Origin: a virus
Strand: one strand, 5' to 3'
DNA: 64,000 bases
Virus record (IMG/VR): IMGVR_UViG_3300009130_000013
Coordinates: 29,196-93,195 of that record
Notes under the pieces: generated by a model
What the model saw: the letters and a program-made list of their open reading frames with translations, nothing else
The model's database searches: none
What the model was told of the DNA's origin: nothing
Program-made: the position numbers and the translations under genes
Part shown: positions 8,476-18,822 of the stretch, piece by piece
Position numbering within the stretch: position 1 is the stretch's first letter
Layout of the letters: each line of letters starts with the position of its first letter

Positions 8476-9115
8476 ATTTAAAAAATGGACATATATAATC
8501 TTAGGATTTATATTTGGATTAATATTAACATTTGTTGTAGGAACATTTTACCCTAACTTTTATGTTGTATCAAAATTACAACAACAATTTGATGATAAGA
8601 TTCAATCTGTTTGGGAAGACTTTGGTATAATAGAACCTGCTATAGAATATTCAAACAATAACGAATTTGTTTTATCTGTTAGTAAATGTATTCAATGGAT
8701 AAATTTAGGCGTTAAAACACACGAAAGAATAGATAGAGAAATTATCATAGCAATGGCTGTTCTTGAAACAGGATACGGAAAGAGTAGATTTGCTAACGAA
8801 GGTAATAACTTATTTGGTATTAGAACTTGGGATGATGAAATACCACAACTAAAACCATTAGGAAATCCTGACGTTGTTTGGGGTGTAAGAGTATACAAAA
8901 CCAAGTGCCAATCAGTTCAAGATATGATAAGTACTATTAACAGACATCCAGCCTATGAACTGTTTAGAATTGAAAGAGCAAAACAGTTAGAAACAAATTC
9001 TATTAACATTAATAAACAAATCGATCTTCTAAACAAATGGAGCACCAACCCTGACTACACAAAACTAATTAAGCAAAAGGTTATAAAGATTAAAAAAATA
9101 TTAGAGAATGGGTGA
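8462..9115 (+). CDS. membrane-anchored glucosaminidase (GH73/Bax-like)
   Basis: TM anchor; AVLETGYGKSRFANEGNNLFGI; WSTNPDY. Confidence 0.85.
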   Translation: MMKRKFKKWTYIILGFIFGLILTFVVGTFYPNFYVVSKLQQQFDDKIQSVWEDFGIIEPAIEYSNNNEFVLSVSKCIQWINLGVKTHERIDREIIIAMAVLETGYGKSRFANEGNNLFGIRTWDDEIPQLKPLGNPDVVWGVRVYKTKCQSVQDMISTINRHPAYELFRIERAKQLETNSININKQIDLLNKWSTNPDYTKLIKQKVIKIKKILENG

Positions 9116-10358
9116 ACCGATTTATAGTTTAAAAAATCTCAACACAATCCAAGTAGAACTTACAGCCAATTGTAATGCTATGTGTCCTGCTTGTGACCGG
9201 TGGGTTAGAGATACCGATAATAAAGATAAAACACTAAAGGTTGGTGACTTAAACCCTACCATTAAACCTTACCAAGGTAGTAAAGGACATTTTACTTGGG
9301 AGGCTTGGCAAAATTTATTCAATAAAGAAACATTAGCAGACTTAAGAATGATCACCTATAATGGAACTTGGGGTGATGCTATTTTACATCCTGATATATT
9401 TTCGTATACACAACATATCATTGATACAATAAAAGAAACAGATAATAAATTTTGTGCTCTTGAAATTAGTACCAATGCTGGTTTACATTCTACAGATTGG
9501 TGGAGAGAATTAGCAAACTTAAACAAACAATTTTATCAGCCATGGAGTAAAGTTATATTTTGTATAGATGGACTTGATGATAAAACCCATCAACTATATC
9601 GTAGAGCAGTTAAGTGGGAAAAGGTTATGGAAAATGCCAAAGCATATATAGACGAAGGTGGTAGAGCTGTTTGGCAATGGTTACAATTTGATCACAATAA
9701 ACATCAAACAGAACAAGCAGAGGAATTAGCAAAAGAATTAGGGTTCGCTGAATTTTGGTTAAGAGGCAGTCGAGGTGAACGTTTAGCAGTACAAAAAACA
9801 ATAGCAAAATTAGGTGACGACGATACTGATATCGGAAATGTAGACGTAGCCTTGTATAATAGCAAAGCAGTAAACAGACGTGTTAAACATAATGAAGCGA
9901 AAGAGGGCTCTATATCGTATATTACAGATAAGGATAAAGTATCAGTTAATACAAAAGAAATAACATCTAAATATAAGAATTACGAAGATTATAGAGAGAA
10001 TACAACGATTTCTTGTTCCTGGGGGAACAAAGGAAAAATCAACGTGGAGTTCAACGGTTTAGTCCATCCATGTTGTTACGTTAACCACTATATGAATAAC
10101 TTCTGGAGTAAAGAACTAGATGGTCATTTAGAGGGTAGCGAATATGAGATTATGACAGATAGTTATGTTGGTCATTGGAATAATTTGAACCATAACAATC
10201 TACAGAACATATTATCTCATAACTTTTATATGAACGACCTGGAGCAATCTTGGAAAAATAAGACAGGTGATTTAGAACTTCCAAGACTAGGTGTTTGTGT
10301 AAGTCATTGTGGTGAAGGCCACGAAAACATCAGAAGTTATGATGTAAGCAAACTGTAA
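9108..10358 (+). CDS. radical SAM protein with C-terminal SPASM/twitch-like Cys
   Basis: CNAMCPAC (CxxxCxxC), G.WGDA, STNAG, FCIDG, VHPCC, CVSHC. Confidence 0.9.
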   Translation: MGEPIYSLKNLNTIQVELTANCNAMCPACDRWVRDTDNKDKTLKVGDLNPTIKPYQGSKGHFTWEAWQNLFNKETLADLRMITYNGTWGDAILHPDIFSYTQHIIDTIKETDNKFCALEISTNAGLHSTDWWRELANLNKQFYQPWSKVIFCIDGLDDKTHQLYRRAVKWEKVMENAKAYIDEGGRAVWQWLQFDHNKHQTEQAEELAKELGFAEFWLRGSRGERLAVQKTIAKLGDDDTDIGNVDVALYNSKAVNRRVKHNEAKEGSISYITDKDKVSVNTKEITSKYKNYEDYRENTTISCSWGNKGKINVEFNGLVHPCCYVNHYMNNFWSKELDGHLEGSEYEIMTDSYVGHWNNLNHNNLQNILSHNFYMNDLEQSWKNKTGDLELPRLGVCVSHCGEGHENIRSYDVSKL

Positions 10359-10369
10359 AGGAGAATATT

Positions 10370-10528
10370 ATGGATTATGTTACAGATAGAATGAAAGAAA
10401 AAGCATCGCACGGTGGAGCAGGCTTAATCGCTATTGGAGTTTTAGTTTTAGTAGGCGGTAGTTTGGTACATTGGGCGGCCTGGGCCGCGATTGCCTATGG
10501 TGCTTATCAAGTATTAAGCAAAGGCTAA
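10370..10528 (+). CDS. small membrane protein (52 aa, not in ORF track)
   Basis: SD AAGGAG; MDYVTDRMKEKASHGGAGLIAIGVLVLVGGSLVHWAAWAAIAYGAYQVLSKG. Confidence 0.7.
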   Translation: MDYVTDRMKEKASHGGAGLIAIGVLVLVGGSLVHWAAWAAIAYGAYQVLSKG

Positions 10529-10536
10529 TTTTAACT

Positions 10537-10848
10537 ATGAGTACGTTCAAATGTATTACAAGATCGGGACGTGAATTTGATGTTGAGTACAATGAGAACG
10601 ATAACATCATGGTGGCACTATATGATCACTTCAAAGGCGAACCTTGGGGAGACTGTGGAGGGTGTTGTATATGTGCCACCTGTCATGTTGAAATTATAAA
10701 AGGGTATCCTAATATACCACACGAAGATGAAGAGGATACCTTAGAAGGGTCTTTTGAGAAGGTTGACAATAGCCGACTAGGTTGTCAATGTCCATTAAAA
10801 GGCATAAAAGATAAGTCACTAGTCGTGAAAGTTCATCATATAGACTAA
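10537..10848 (+). CDS. fdx: 2Fe-2S ferredoxin (adrenodoxin/ISC type)
   Basis: CGGCCICATCHV...SRLGCQ; start re-assigned to ATG 10537. Confidence 0.9.
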   Translation: MSTFKCITRSGREFDVEYNENDNIMVALYDHFKGEPWGDCGGCCICATCHVEIIKGYPNIPHEDEEDTLEGSFEKVDNSRLGCQCPLKGIKDKSLVVKVHHID

Positions 10849-10882
10849 TAACGATAAGTATTATTAGTTAGGAATTATTAAA

Positions 10883-11215
10883 ATGATAGAAGTAACACAA
10901 AAAGCAAAAGACTATCTACTACAAGCTACAAACAGAAATGATCAACAATATGCTACTTTTTCTATAAAAGGTGGTGGTTGTAGTGGATTTACCTACGAAT
11001 GGGAATTTGCTAACGAAATAAAAGATCCTAAAGAATGGATTGAAGTACAATTAAGCGATAAATCAGATAAAAAATTAATGATAAATCGTCTCGCTGAAAT
11101 GTATGTTTTAGGTAGCACAATAGACTATGTAGAAGAATTAGGTGGTTCCTTCCTAGCAATTAAGAACCCACAAGCCAAATCAAGCTGTGGCTGTGGCGAT
11201 TCATTTGCTGTTTAA
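10883..11215 (+). CDS. iscA: IscA/HesB A-type Fe-S carrier
   Basis: GGGCSGFTY, IDYVEE, NPQAKSSCGCGDSF. Confidence 0.92.
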   Translation: MIEVTQKAKDYLLQATNRNDQQYATFSIKGGGCSGFTYEWEFANEIKDPKEWIEVQLSDKSDKKLMINRLAEMYVLGSTIDYVEELGGSFLAIKNPQAKSSCGCGDSFAV

Positions 11216-11218
11216 GAA

Positions 11219-11226
11219 TATAAATA
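11219..11226 (+). promoter_or_regulatory. T4-type late promoter
   Basis: Exact TATAAATA upstream of structural genes. Confidence 0.75.
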
Positions 11227-11255
11227 CAATATAACATAAAAATAGGAACACGGAA

Positions 11256-11921
11256 ATGGCAAAACAAACTGTAAATCTAGGTAGTTCAGCAAATGACGGA
11301 ACAGGTGATCCGTTAAGAACAGCCTTTGATAAAATTAATGATAATTTCGACGAACTATATAGTGCTGGAGCGGCCGGTACAAACTTAGACTTAACCGGAA
11401 ACAGTATAACAAGCATAGACACAAACGGCAATATTACACTTGATCCAAACGGAACAGGTAAAGTAGTAGTTAATACAGCCGCTAAACTAAACCTAGCTGA
11501 CCATAATGACCATTCCATCCTATTTACAAATACAGCAGGTGATGTTAGCAATAGCACAAAATTAACTTTTAATGCCGCAACTAGCACTTTCTCATTTGAA
11601 GATCTATCAGTAAATGCTAGTACTATTTCATCTAATAACTCAAATCAAGATATAACACTTGACCCAGCTGGTACTGGAAGAGTAGCTGTTAACAGTTCAC
11701 TAATTCCAGTTGATACAGCACAAGAAAGTTTAGGATTAGCAACTAAACAATGGTTAACTGTATTTGCTAGTACAGGTACATTTGGTACAACTAGTGCTAA
11801 TTCATCTTTACACAATCCAGGTTCGGCTCCAGGTTCACCAACAAATGGTATGATCTATTATGATAGTACAGCCCATAAATTCAAAGGCTATGCCAATGGT
11901 GCTTGGGTTGACTTACATTAA
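11256..11921 (+). CDS. baseplate/tail fibre protein (gp9/gp10-like N-terminus)
   Basis: ANDGTGDPLRTAFDKINDNFDELY; S/T/G-rich repeats. Confidence 0.8.
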   Translation: MAKQTVNLGSSANDGTGDPLRTAFDKINDNFDELYSAGAAGTNLDLTGNSITSIDTNGNITLDPNGTGKVVVNTAAKLNLADHNDHSILFTNTAGDVSNSTKLTFNAATSTFSFEDLSVNASTISSNNSNQDITLDPAGTGRVAVNSSLIPVDTAQESLGLATKQWLTVFASTGTFGTTSANSSLHNPGSAPGSPTNGMIYYDSTAHKFKGYANGAWVDLH

Positions 11922-11934
11922 TAGGTAATACTTA

Positions 11935-13353
11935 ATGGCATATACAAGACAGATAGTAAACGTAGGTACAACAGCAGACGACGGTTCTGGTGATTACTTA
12001 CGTGATGCTTTAATAAAAGTTAATTCAAACTTTGAAAACTTATGGAGTGTCACAGCAGTAAATTCTGATTTAGACTTTACTGGTTCTACTATTTCGTCTG
12101 TGGTTACTAACGAAGATATTATTTTAGATCCAGCAGGTACTGGTAAAATTATAGTAGCTAGTTCAATAGAACCACAAACAACAGCAACAGCTACATTAGG
12201 TTCATCTAGTAAAGAATTTTCAAATGTTTATTCAGACATTGTAACAACAGATACATTAGCTTTAAATGGTTTATCTTCTGCTCCTTCAAGTCCAGCAGAT
12301 GGTTATTTGTATTATGATAGTGCTACTAAAAAGTTTGTTGGTCGTGTAGACGGTGGTTGGTTAAACGTACAAACTGTTGCCGTAGGTGCTGACAATAAAT
12401 GGACAACTTTTAATGCTGACACAGGAAGTACGGCGGCAAATACAACTACAGACGCTTTAACAATTACAGGTGGTACAGGAATTACTACAGCAATAAGTGG
12501 TGATACAGTTACTATTACAAGTTCAAATCCTTCAGGATTAGATAATGTTGTAGAAGATACTACACCTCAACTAGGTGGTGGATTAGATACACAAGGTAAT
12601 ATTGTTTCAGCAAGTACTGGATACTTAAAATTTGGTGCGACATTACCTGGATCACTAGCAACTAGAACAGTTGGTCTTGGTGCTTATTTTACTTCAAATA
12701 GTGATAACTCACAAAGACATTATTCTAGTAGTTGGATGAACAAACAAACATTAACAGCTAACGTCGATGCCAATAATAAAAAACAAGGTTGGTCATATGA
12801 TAATACTTTAGATATAGCAGGCTTTACACATGGAATTGACGATGCTACTAATTCTTCTAAAAACTGGGGCGATTATGAATATACTATTGTTACAAATTCA
12901 AGTGCTTCAGCTAAATCAATAAATGGTGTAACAGGTAGATTTGTTAAAGGTGAAATTGCTTACGATTCAACTGGAGATATTTCAGCAACTAACGTAATTG
13001 GTTTAGAAGCAGTAGGATCAACTGACACAGGCGGAACAACTACAAACTTAATTGGTGTTAAGGCTAAAACTGATAAAGGTGGTAGTACTACAGTAACAAA
13101 TAGATATTCAATTTATGCTGATAATAGTGACGATACATTGTATAGTGTAGGTCCTATTAAAACAGATGCTAAAGTAACAACTACAAGCGATAAATTTAAT
13201 GTAGCAACTAAACTTACACCTGGTTCAGCAGTAGGATCAGCTGGTGATGTTACTGGTGATATTGCTTTTGATGATGATTACATCTACTACTGTACAGCTG
13301 ATCATGACGGTTCAACAGCTATTTGGAAAAGATCAGCACTCTCTACTTGGTAA
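11935..13353 (+). CDS. tail fibre-like virion protein
   Basis: ADDGSGDYLRDALIKVNSNF N-terminus; DTTPQLGG motif; C-terminal YIYYCTAD...WKR. Confidence 0.8.
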   Translation: MAYTRQIVNVGTTADDGSGDYLRDALIKVNSNFENLWSVTAVNSDLDFTGSTISSVVTNEDIILDPAGTGKIIVASSIEPQTTATATLGSSSKEFSNVYSDIVTTDTLALNGLSSAPSSPADGYLYYDSATKKFVGRVDGGWLNVQTVAVGADNKWTTFNADTGSTAANTTTDALTITGGTGITTAISGDTVTITSSNPSGLDNVVEDTTPQLGGGLDTQGNIVSASTGYLKFGATLPGSLATRTVGLGAYFTSNSDNSQRHYSSSWMNKQTLTANVDANNKKQGWSYDNTLDIAGFTHGIDDATNSSKNWGDYEYTIVTNSSASAKSINGVTGRFVKGEIAYDSTGDISATNVIGLEAVGSTDTGGTTTNLIGVKAKTDKGGSTTVTNRYSIYADNSDDTLYSVGPIKTDAKVTTTSDKFNVATKLTPGSAVGSAGDVTGDIAFDDDYIYYCTADHDGSTAIWKRSALSTW

Positions 13354-13385
13354 AATCCTAACTATATTTTCTGATAAATACTTGT

Positions 13386-15707
13386 ATGAGTAAACCCATA
13401 TGGACAACGCCAGCGGGTAGTCTAGGAACTATCCAAGAGAACGAATATTATAGCCTTCCAATAGAATGTGATTACGGTGAAAGGCATGATATTGTTTATA
13501 CCCTACAGGCTGGCAAATTACCACAAGGATTATTAATTAGACGAGACGGTATCTTAGAAGGACAACCTACTTGTAAGGTTGATGTTGCTGGTATTCCAGT
13601 GGAAGTAGGGCAAGATGTCAAAAGCACATTTGCCATAAGGGCTTCAGCAGATGGGTTTGTAACAGATAGAACATTTGAATTAACAGTAACAGGACAAGAT
13701 GCTCCTATGTTTACTACATCAGCAGGTGTTATTGGAACATTTGTAGATGGTCAAGAAGTTAATTTACAACTAACAGCACACGATCCAGACCCAGACGACA
13801 CATATACATTTTTAAAAACATCAGGTGAATTACCACCAGGTGTTACAATGGATTCAAGTGGTAAAATTACAGGGTTTATTACACCTTCTAAAATACCTGG
13901 ATCACCTGATCCTGGTTTAGATAAAACATACTTTGACCTGTATAGTTTTGACTTCACAAACAACTATATTAGTAAAGCATATGAATGGACAGTAGCAGTA
14001 ACTGATAGTAAAGATACAGCAATAAGAACATTTGCTATTGATGTTAAAGCATCTTCTACATTAAGAGCCTCAACTGATGCCATAAAAGCCAGTAACACAA
14101 TAATGACAGCTGATTCTAGTGTTTTTCATCCACCACAAATAACAAATAAAAGTTATGTGTTTGATAATATCTTACATAGTAACAAATGGTACTTACAAGT
14201 ACTTGGTTACGACTATGACGAAACACCTATAACATATAGTATTAGTTCTGGAGCACTACCATCTGGGCTATCAATTAATTCAACATCAGGTTGGATAACA
14301 GGAAACTTACCATCTATTACTGACATCAAAAAACAATACAAGTTTACAGTAAGGGTTACAAAATCAGACAATCCAAATTACTATAGCGAAAAAGAATTTA
14401 CACTTAACCTTGTAATAGATAGTGCTGTTACTCCTACATGGAAAACTCCTGCTATATTAGGAACAGTTATTAGTGGAGAACCTAGTAGACTTTATGTTGA
14501 AGCTACAAGTACAATGTCAGAAAGTTTTTCTTACAGAATTAAATCAGGAACTAAAAGTGGATTGCCACAAGGACTACAACTAGAAACAGATGGAACAATA
14601 TCTGGTGTACCTAGCTTTGGTAGTTTCTCAAATGATAATAATACTACAACATATGATAACAAGTTATTAACATTTGACAAATCATTTAAGGTTACAATCC
14701 AAGCCGTTAATGCCAACGGAAGTGTAAGGGCTGAAAGAGAATTTACAATATTAATTAAGAACGAAAACTTTAAGCCTTATGAAAATGTTTATGTTGTTAA
14801 TCAATCAACTGATGTTAATAGAACAGCTTGGTTTAATATGGTTAACAATCATGATAACATACCAAACGAATTTATATATAGACCAAACGATCCATTTTAT
14901 GGTGTTGAACGAAGTCCTAAAATATTATTAGCACATGGATTATATCCTAAATTAAGTTCTGAATACATGACAGTTTTACAGAAAAACTTTTATAAAATAG
15001 ACTTAAACTATGGAGAAATAAAAACAGCTCAAGCAGTTGATCCTGATACTGATAAAGTAGTATATGAAGTTGTATATGCTGAAATAGTAGATCGACACAC
15101 CGAAAAGAACACAGATGGAAAACTAATCCCAGGCAATGTAAAAATTGTAGCCAATTCGGCAACTACAATTACCAGTTATAGTTCTCCTTTAACAGTTGAT
15201 GAGATAACTAAAGGTAACACTAATTTAATTACTGGTGATGTTAAAAACAAAACAATACTTTATCCAAGTGGACTTGAAATTATGCGACAAGCTATTATTT
15301 CAAGTATTGGACATTTAGATAGTAGAGTTTTACCATTATGGATGAGAAGTGCTCAAGCAGATGGCAAGATTTTAGGTTACATACCAGCAGTTATCTTATG
15401 TTATGCTAAACCAGGCAAAGCGGCACAGATCAAGTATTATTTAGATAAAGATAAAACAATAGACTTAAAGAAACAAATATTTACTGTAGATAGATTCCTT
15501 TGGGATAACAGTCGAAGTAAAAACTTTAATAAAACTACTCAAAAGTGGAGTACAACAACTGAAACAACATATGATGGTGATACAACTACTTTTGAGGGCT
15601 CTTATACCAGCTTTTTTGGTAATGTTGATAAAAGAGAACAAAATTGGAACACAGGCGATCAATATTTGAAGTTCCCGAGAGAACATATAATGGATACGCC
15701 GAACTAA
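13386..15707 (+). CDS. virion protein with tandem Ig-like (He_PIG-type) repeats
   Basis: Repeated G.LP.GL...G.I.G and P.W.TPAG motifs. Confidence 0.8.
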   Translation: MSKPIWTTPAGSLGTIQENEYYSLPIECDYGERHDIVYTLQAGKLPQGLLIRRDGILEGQPTCKVDVAGIPVEVGQDVKSTFAIRASADGFVTDRTFELTVTGQDAPMFTTSAGVIGTFVDGQEVNLQLTAHDPDPDDTYTFLKTSGELPPGVTMDSSGKITGFITPSKIPGSPDPGLDKTYFDLYSFDFTNNYISKAYEWTVAVTDSKDTAIRTFAIDVKASSTLRASTDAIKASNTIMTADSSVFHPPQITNKSYVFDNILHSNKWYLQVLGYDYDETPITYSISSGALPSGLSINSTSGWITGNLPSITDIKKQYKFTVRVTKSDNPNYYSEKEFTLNLVIDSAVTPTWKTPAILGTVISGEPSRLYVEATSTMSESFSYRIKSGTKSGLPQGLQLETDGTISGVPSFGSFSNDNNTTTYDNKLLTFDKSFKVTIQAVNANGSVRAEREFTILIKNENFKPYENVYVVNQSTDVNRTAWFNMVNNHDNIPNEFIYRPNDPFYGVERSPKILLAHGLYPKLSSEYMTVLQKNFYKIDLNYGEIKTAQAVDPDTDKVVYEVVYAEIVDRHTEKNTDGKLIPGNVKIVANSATTITSYSSPLTVDEITKGNTNLITGDVKNKTILYPSGLEIMRQAIISSIGHLDSRVLPLWMRSAQADGKILGYIPAVILCYAKPGKAAQIKYYLDKDKTIDLKKQIFTVDRFLWDNSRSKNFNKTTQKWSTTTETTYDGDTTTFEGSYTSFFGNVDKREQNWNTGDQYLKFPREHIMDTPN

Positions 15708-15730
15708 ATACAGTATACGGAGAATAGAAA

Positions 15731-16501
15731 ATGGCAAGTAGTATTACACCGACTAACATAAGCGTAACTTTCCCAATAGCTGGGCAAGATAACGACTCGC
15801 AAGGGTTTAGAGATAACTTTAATAACATTAAAACTAACCTAACTTATGCTAAAACAGAATTAGAAGATATACAAGCAAAAGGTATATTTAAAAGTGCTTT
15901 AACAGGTACAACACTATCTAATGATGGTGCTGGTGCTGTTCTTGAAGACTTTGAACTTAAAGACATTTCCGAAACTAAAATTGACAAAGGTACAAACTCA
16001 GGTACTGTAGCAATTGATTTCTCCGCAGGTCATTTCCAAACAATTCAAACAAGTGGTGATGTTACTTTAGACTTTACTAATTTTCCAGCAAGTGGTAAAA
16101 TTGGTTCTGTAACAGTTGAAGTTAACGTTACTACAGCACACAAATTAGGATTACCTGCTACAGTAACTATTGGCGTTGCTGACTTGGCAGACTATAATTC
16201 AACAGCTAGAAAAATTGGGTTTGCGGCAGATGGAAAATATAGATTTAAATTTACATCATACGATGGCGGAACTTCTGTAGCAATAGAAGATCTTAATAGA
16301 GCACCAAATAGAGTACATGGTAACACATTACAACTTGTTCCAGTTCCTGGAAGTGATGTTGCTAACTTTAAAACTGTTGGTGTTGCTGGTAATAAAGCCG
16401 GAATGATAGCCATTGATGCTGATGCTATCTATATTTGTACAGCAGATTACGATGGCTCTGCCAATATTTGGAAAAAAGCTACATTAGTAGCAAGTTCATA
16501 A
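15731..16501 (+). CDS. virion structural protein
   Basis: FPIAGQDNDSQGFRDNF N-terminus; same C-terminal module as 11935; TAAATA at 15705. Confidence 0.75.
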   Translation: MASSITPTNISVTFPIAGQDNDSQGFRDNFNNIKTNLTYAKTELEDIQAKGIFKSALTGTTLSNDGAGAVLEDFELKDISETKIDKGTNSGTVAIDFSAGHFQTIQTSGDVTLDFTNFPASGKIGSVTVEVNVTTAHKLGLPATVTIGVADLADYNSTARKIGFAADGKYRFKFTSYDGGTSVAIEDLNRAPNRVHGNTLQLVPVPGSDVANFKTVGVAGNKAGMIAIDADAIYICTADYDGSANIWKKATLVASS

Positions 16502-16511
16502 TAAAAAATAC

Positions 16512-16541
16512 TTGACTTTGTAACCTCTTTGATGCTATAAT
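16512..16541 (+). promoter_or_regulatory. sigma70-type promoter
   Basis: TTGACT...TGc-TATAAT. Confidence 0.75.
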
Positions 16542-16562
16542 AGTATTTTATGGAGGCTATAG

Positions 16563-16970
16563 ATGACAACCATCTTAAACAACTATTCAAAATTTGTTGA
16601 AACTGTCACAAGCGAAGAAGCAAATGACACAAATACCCTTATAGATAAACTTAAAGAGATAGAAGCATCTTCGGGAGTAAACTTGGCTTTACTTATGAAT
16701 GGTGCGATTGGTATCTCATCAGAAGGAGGAGAATTCAGTGAAATTGTTAAAAAATGTGTGTTCCAAGGTAAGCCACTTAACGATGAAACTATATTTCATT
16801 GTAAACGAGAACTTGGTGATATTATTTGGTATTGGAGTAATTGCTGTAGGGCTCTTGGCTTGGACCCAAATAAAGTCATAGAAGAAAATATAAACAAACT
16901 ATCAAGTCGTTACCCAGGCGGTTCATTTGATGTATATCATTCTGAAAATAGAAAAGAGGGAGACCTATAA
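16563..16970 (+). CDS. mazG: MazG-like NTP pyrophosphohydrolase
   Basis: SEGGEFSEIVKK...RELGDIIWY...NINKLSSRYP. Confidence 0.88.
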   Translation: MTTILNNYSKFVETVTSEEANDTNTLIDKLKEIEASSGVNLALLMNGAIGISSEGGEFSEIVKKCVFQGKPLNDETIFHCKRELGDIIWYWSNCCRALGLDPNKVIEENINKLSSRYPGGSFDVYHSENRKEGDL

Positions 16971-17248
16971 TGTTTAATCCACTCGCTCCTAATCTAGATG
17001 ATTACAGCATAGATGATTTAACTAAAAGATTATCCCAACTAAATGCTAGACTATCTGGTGCTATTAAAAGTGGTAACCCTACTGTAGCACAACAGGTAAG
17101 AGTATTAATAATGGAAGCTTCTGAAGAACTTGCTAAACGTAACAGAGATTTAATGAAAAAAACACAAGAAGAAATGAATAAGGGTAAAGAACCTGTAAGA
17201 AAAGATCTTGACCCTGAAAACACAGACCCAATGGATATAGGCGAATGA
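16970..17248 (+). CDS. hypothetical coiled-coil protein
   Basis: Coupled ORF. Confidence 0.7.
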   Translation: MFNPLAPNLDDYSIDDLTKRLSQLNARLSGAIKSGNPTVAQQVRVLIMEASEELAKRNRDLMKKTQEEMNKGKEPVRKDLDPENTDPMDIGE

Positions 17249-17487
17249 AAGGAATCAGAGCACACAAACGGAAACCAAAAGAAAAAGATTTCTTAGAAGA
17301 AGCCGAAAAGGAGAAAAGAGAATTGAACGAATCTTATCAAGAGTCAAAACGACAAACTAAAGAAAGAAAATATCAAAACCTAGCTGACTGTATTAGATCC
17401 GATCAGTTATCAGCAAGACAAGTAGTACAAGAAATGGAAGCTGATCCTGAGTTTAAAGAATGGTACAAAAAAAGGTACTTAAAATGA
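17245..17487 (+). CDS. hypothetical protein
   Basis: Coupled ORF. Confidence 0.7.
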   Translation: MKGIRAHKRKPKEKDFLEEAEKEKRELNESYQESKRQTKERKYQNLADCIRSDQLSARQVVQEMEADPEFKEWYKKRYLK

Positions 17488-17681
17488 CAACAAAGCCATT
17501 TAAAAAAATGTGGCAATTAAGAATTCCATTTCCTGATATGCCAGAGTTATGGCAAGATTGGAATTGGGAATACAATAAAGAAGAAGCAAAAGCAAACATT
17601 GAGAAAAAAATGAAAGCATGGCGTGAAAGCGAAGGCGGTAAAAAGTTTTTTAAACATTTTGGTAACAGATATGATCGATAA
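17484..17681 (+). CDS. hypothetical protein
   Basis: ATGA coupling favours start 17484. Confidence 0.6.
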   Translation: MTTKPFKKMWQLRIPFPDMPELWQDWNWEYNKEEAKANIEKKMKAWRESEGGKKFFKHFGNRYDR

Positions 17682-18180
17682 GTACGGGCAAGTATACTTT
17701 AATGAAAACGAAGCTATAAATTTAGTTTATGCTAACCCTAAAATAGACTTGAGTAATATTAAAATTGAAGACCCAAGTAAATTTAATAAAGCAGTAGAAG
17801 AATTATACAGTGACGTACCAAAGTTAAAACAATATGTACCTTTGGATATAAGTATCGAAGAATTCGATAGAAACAATCAAAATAATTGGTTTATGCCTAA
17901 AGAATATATCGAGTTTGATATAGCAAAATGGGTATTAGAACAATGTGATGGTGATGCTGAATTACAACGGGCTGGAGAAGAATTAATGTCTTTTCAAGAA
18001 CGTAATTTATTACCATTATTAAATTTTATGTATTATCTAGTTAACATCATGAGAGAAAATAACATAGTCTGGGGTGTAGGTAGAGGATCTAGTGTATCTA
18101 GTTTTGTATTATACAAAATTGGAATTAATAGAATAAACCCGATATATTACAGTTTAGACTTCTCTGAGTTTCTAAGATAA
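17671..18180 (+). CDS. stand-alone DNA polymerase III alpha (DnaE)-like fragment
   Basis: VWGVGRGSSVSSFVLYKIGINRINPI...L.FSEFL parallels DnaE GPGRGSAAGSLVAY.LGIT..DP...L.FERFL. Confidence 0.8.
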   Translation: MIDKYGQVYFNENEAINLVYANPKIDLSNIKIEDPSKFNKAVEELYSDVPKLKQYVPLDISIEEFDRNNQNNWFMPKEYIEFDIAKWVLEQCDGDAELQRAGEELMSFQERNLLPLLNFMYYLVNIMRENNIVWGVGRGSSVSSFVLYKIGINRINPIYYSLDFSEFLR

Positions 18181-18206
18181 TATATACATATACAGGAGAA
18201 TAACTT

Positions 18207-18821
18207 ATGGCAAAAAGAGAATATAAGACAGCAAGTGGTAAAAGAGTAGACTTTGATACTTTAATGATCAAAGGCGAAGAAACTATTGCTGTTGGAAATA
18301 TGGGTGTTAATGCCAGGGGTGATAAACTAGGTGAAGGTGGAGCAGTAGTTCAAAAACGTGAAGAGGTAATAGCTGATTATTACAGAATTCACAATGGCAC
18401 TATTCCACAAGACCGTCCAATTCCAGATGGTTCACCAGAGCCTGATCAAGTTGATTTACAACAAACAACAGGCCCAGAAGTAACAAACATTAACCCTAGC
18501 AAAGATCCTATTTTAGCAGAGCTAGAGACTGAAAGTCCTAGTGAACGTGATATTGTTACCAGTGATGAACTTGCTTCAGCATTGGCTTCAACAGCAGAAG
18601 TAGTAGTCCCAGCTACAGATCACGCTGAACAAAAGACTTATGAAAATGAAGTTGATAAAAGTTCAGAAACTGAAACAGTAGTAGAAGAACCCGTTGTAGA
18701 AGAAAAACCTCGTGGAGGATTGGCTTCAGCAGTAGCAAAAGTAAAATCTACAAAGCCTGTTGTTAAAGAAAAAACAGCAGATGAAACGACAAAGGCAAAG
18801 CCAGGAGTAAAACGAGTTTAG
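18207..18821 (+). CDS. conserved phage protein, acidic low-complexity tail
   Basis: AVGNMGVNARGD motif; SD AGGAG. Confidence 0.75.
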   Translation: MAKREYKTASGKRVDFDTLMIKGEETIAVGNMGVNARGDKLGEGGAVVQKREEVIADYYRIHNGTIPQDRPIPDGSPEPDQVDLQQTTGPEVTNINPSKDPILAELETESPSERDIVTSDELASALASTAEVVVPATDHAEQKTYENEVDKSSETETVVEEPVVEEKPRGGLASAVAKVKSTKPVVKEKTADETTKAKPGVKRV

Positions 18822-18822
18822 T

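Noticed and set aside
10471-10536. N-terminal extension of ferredoxin in the ORF track
   Set aside because: Overlaps a better ORF (10370..10528); ATG 10537 gives a normal ferredoxin
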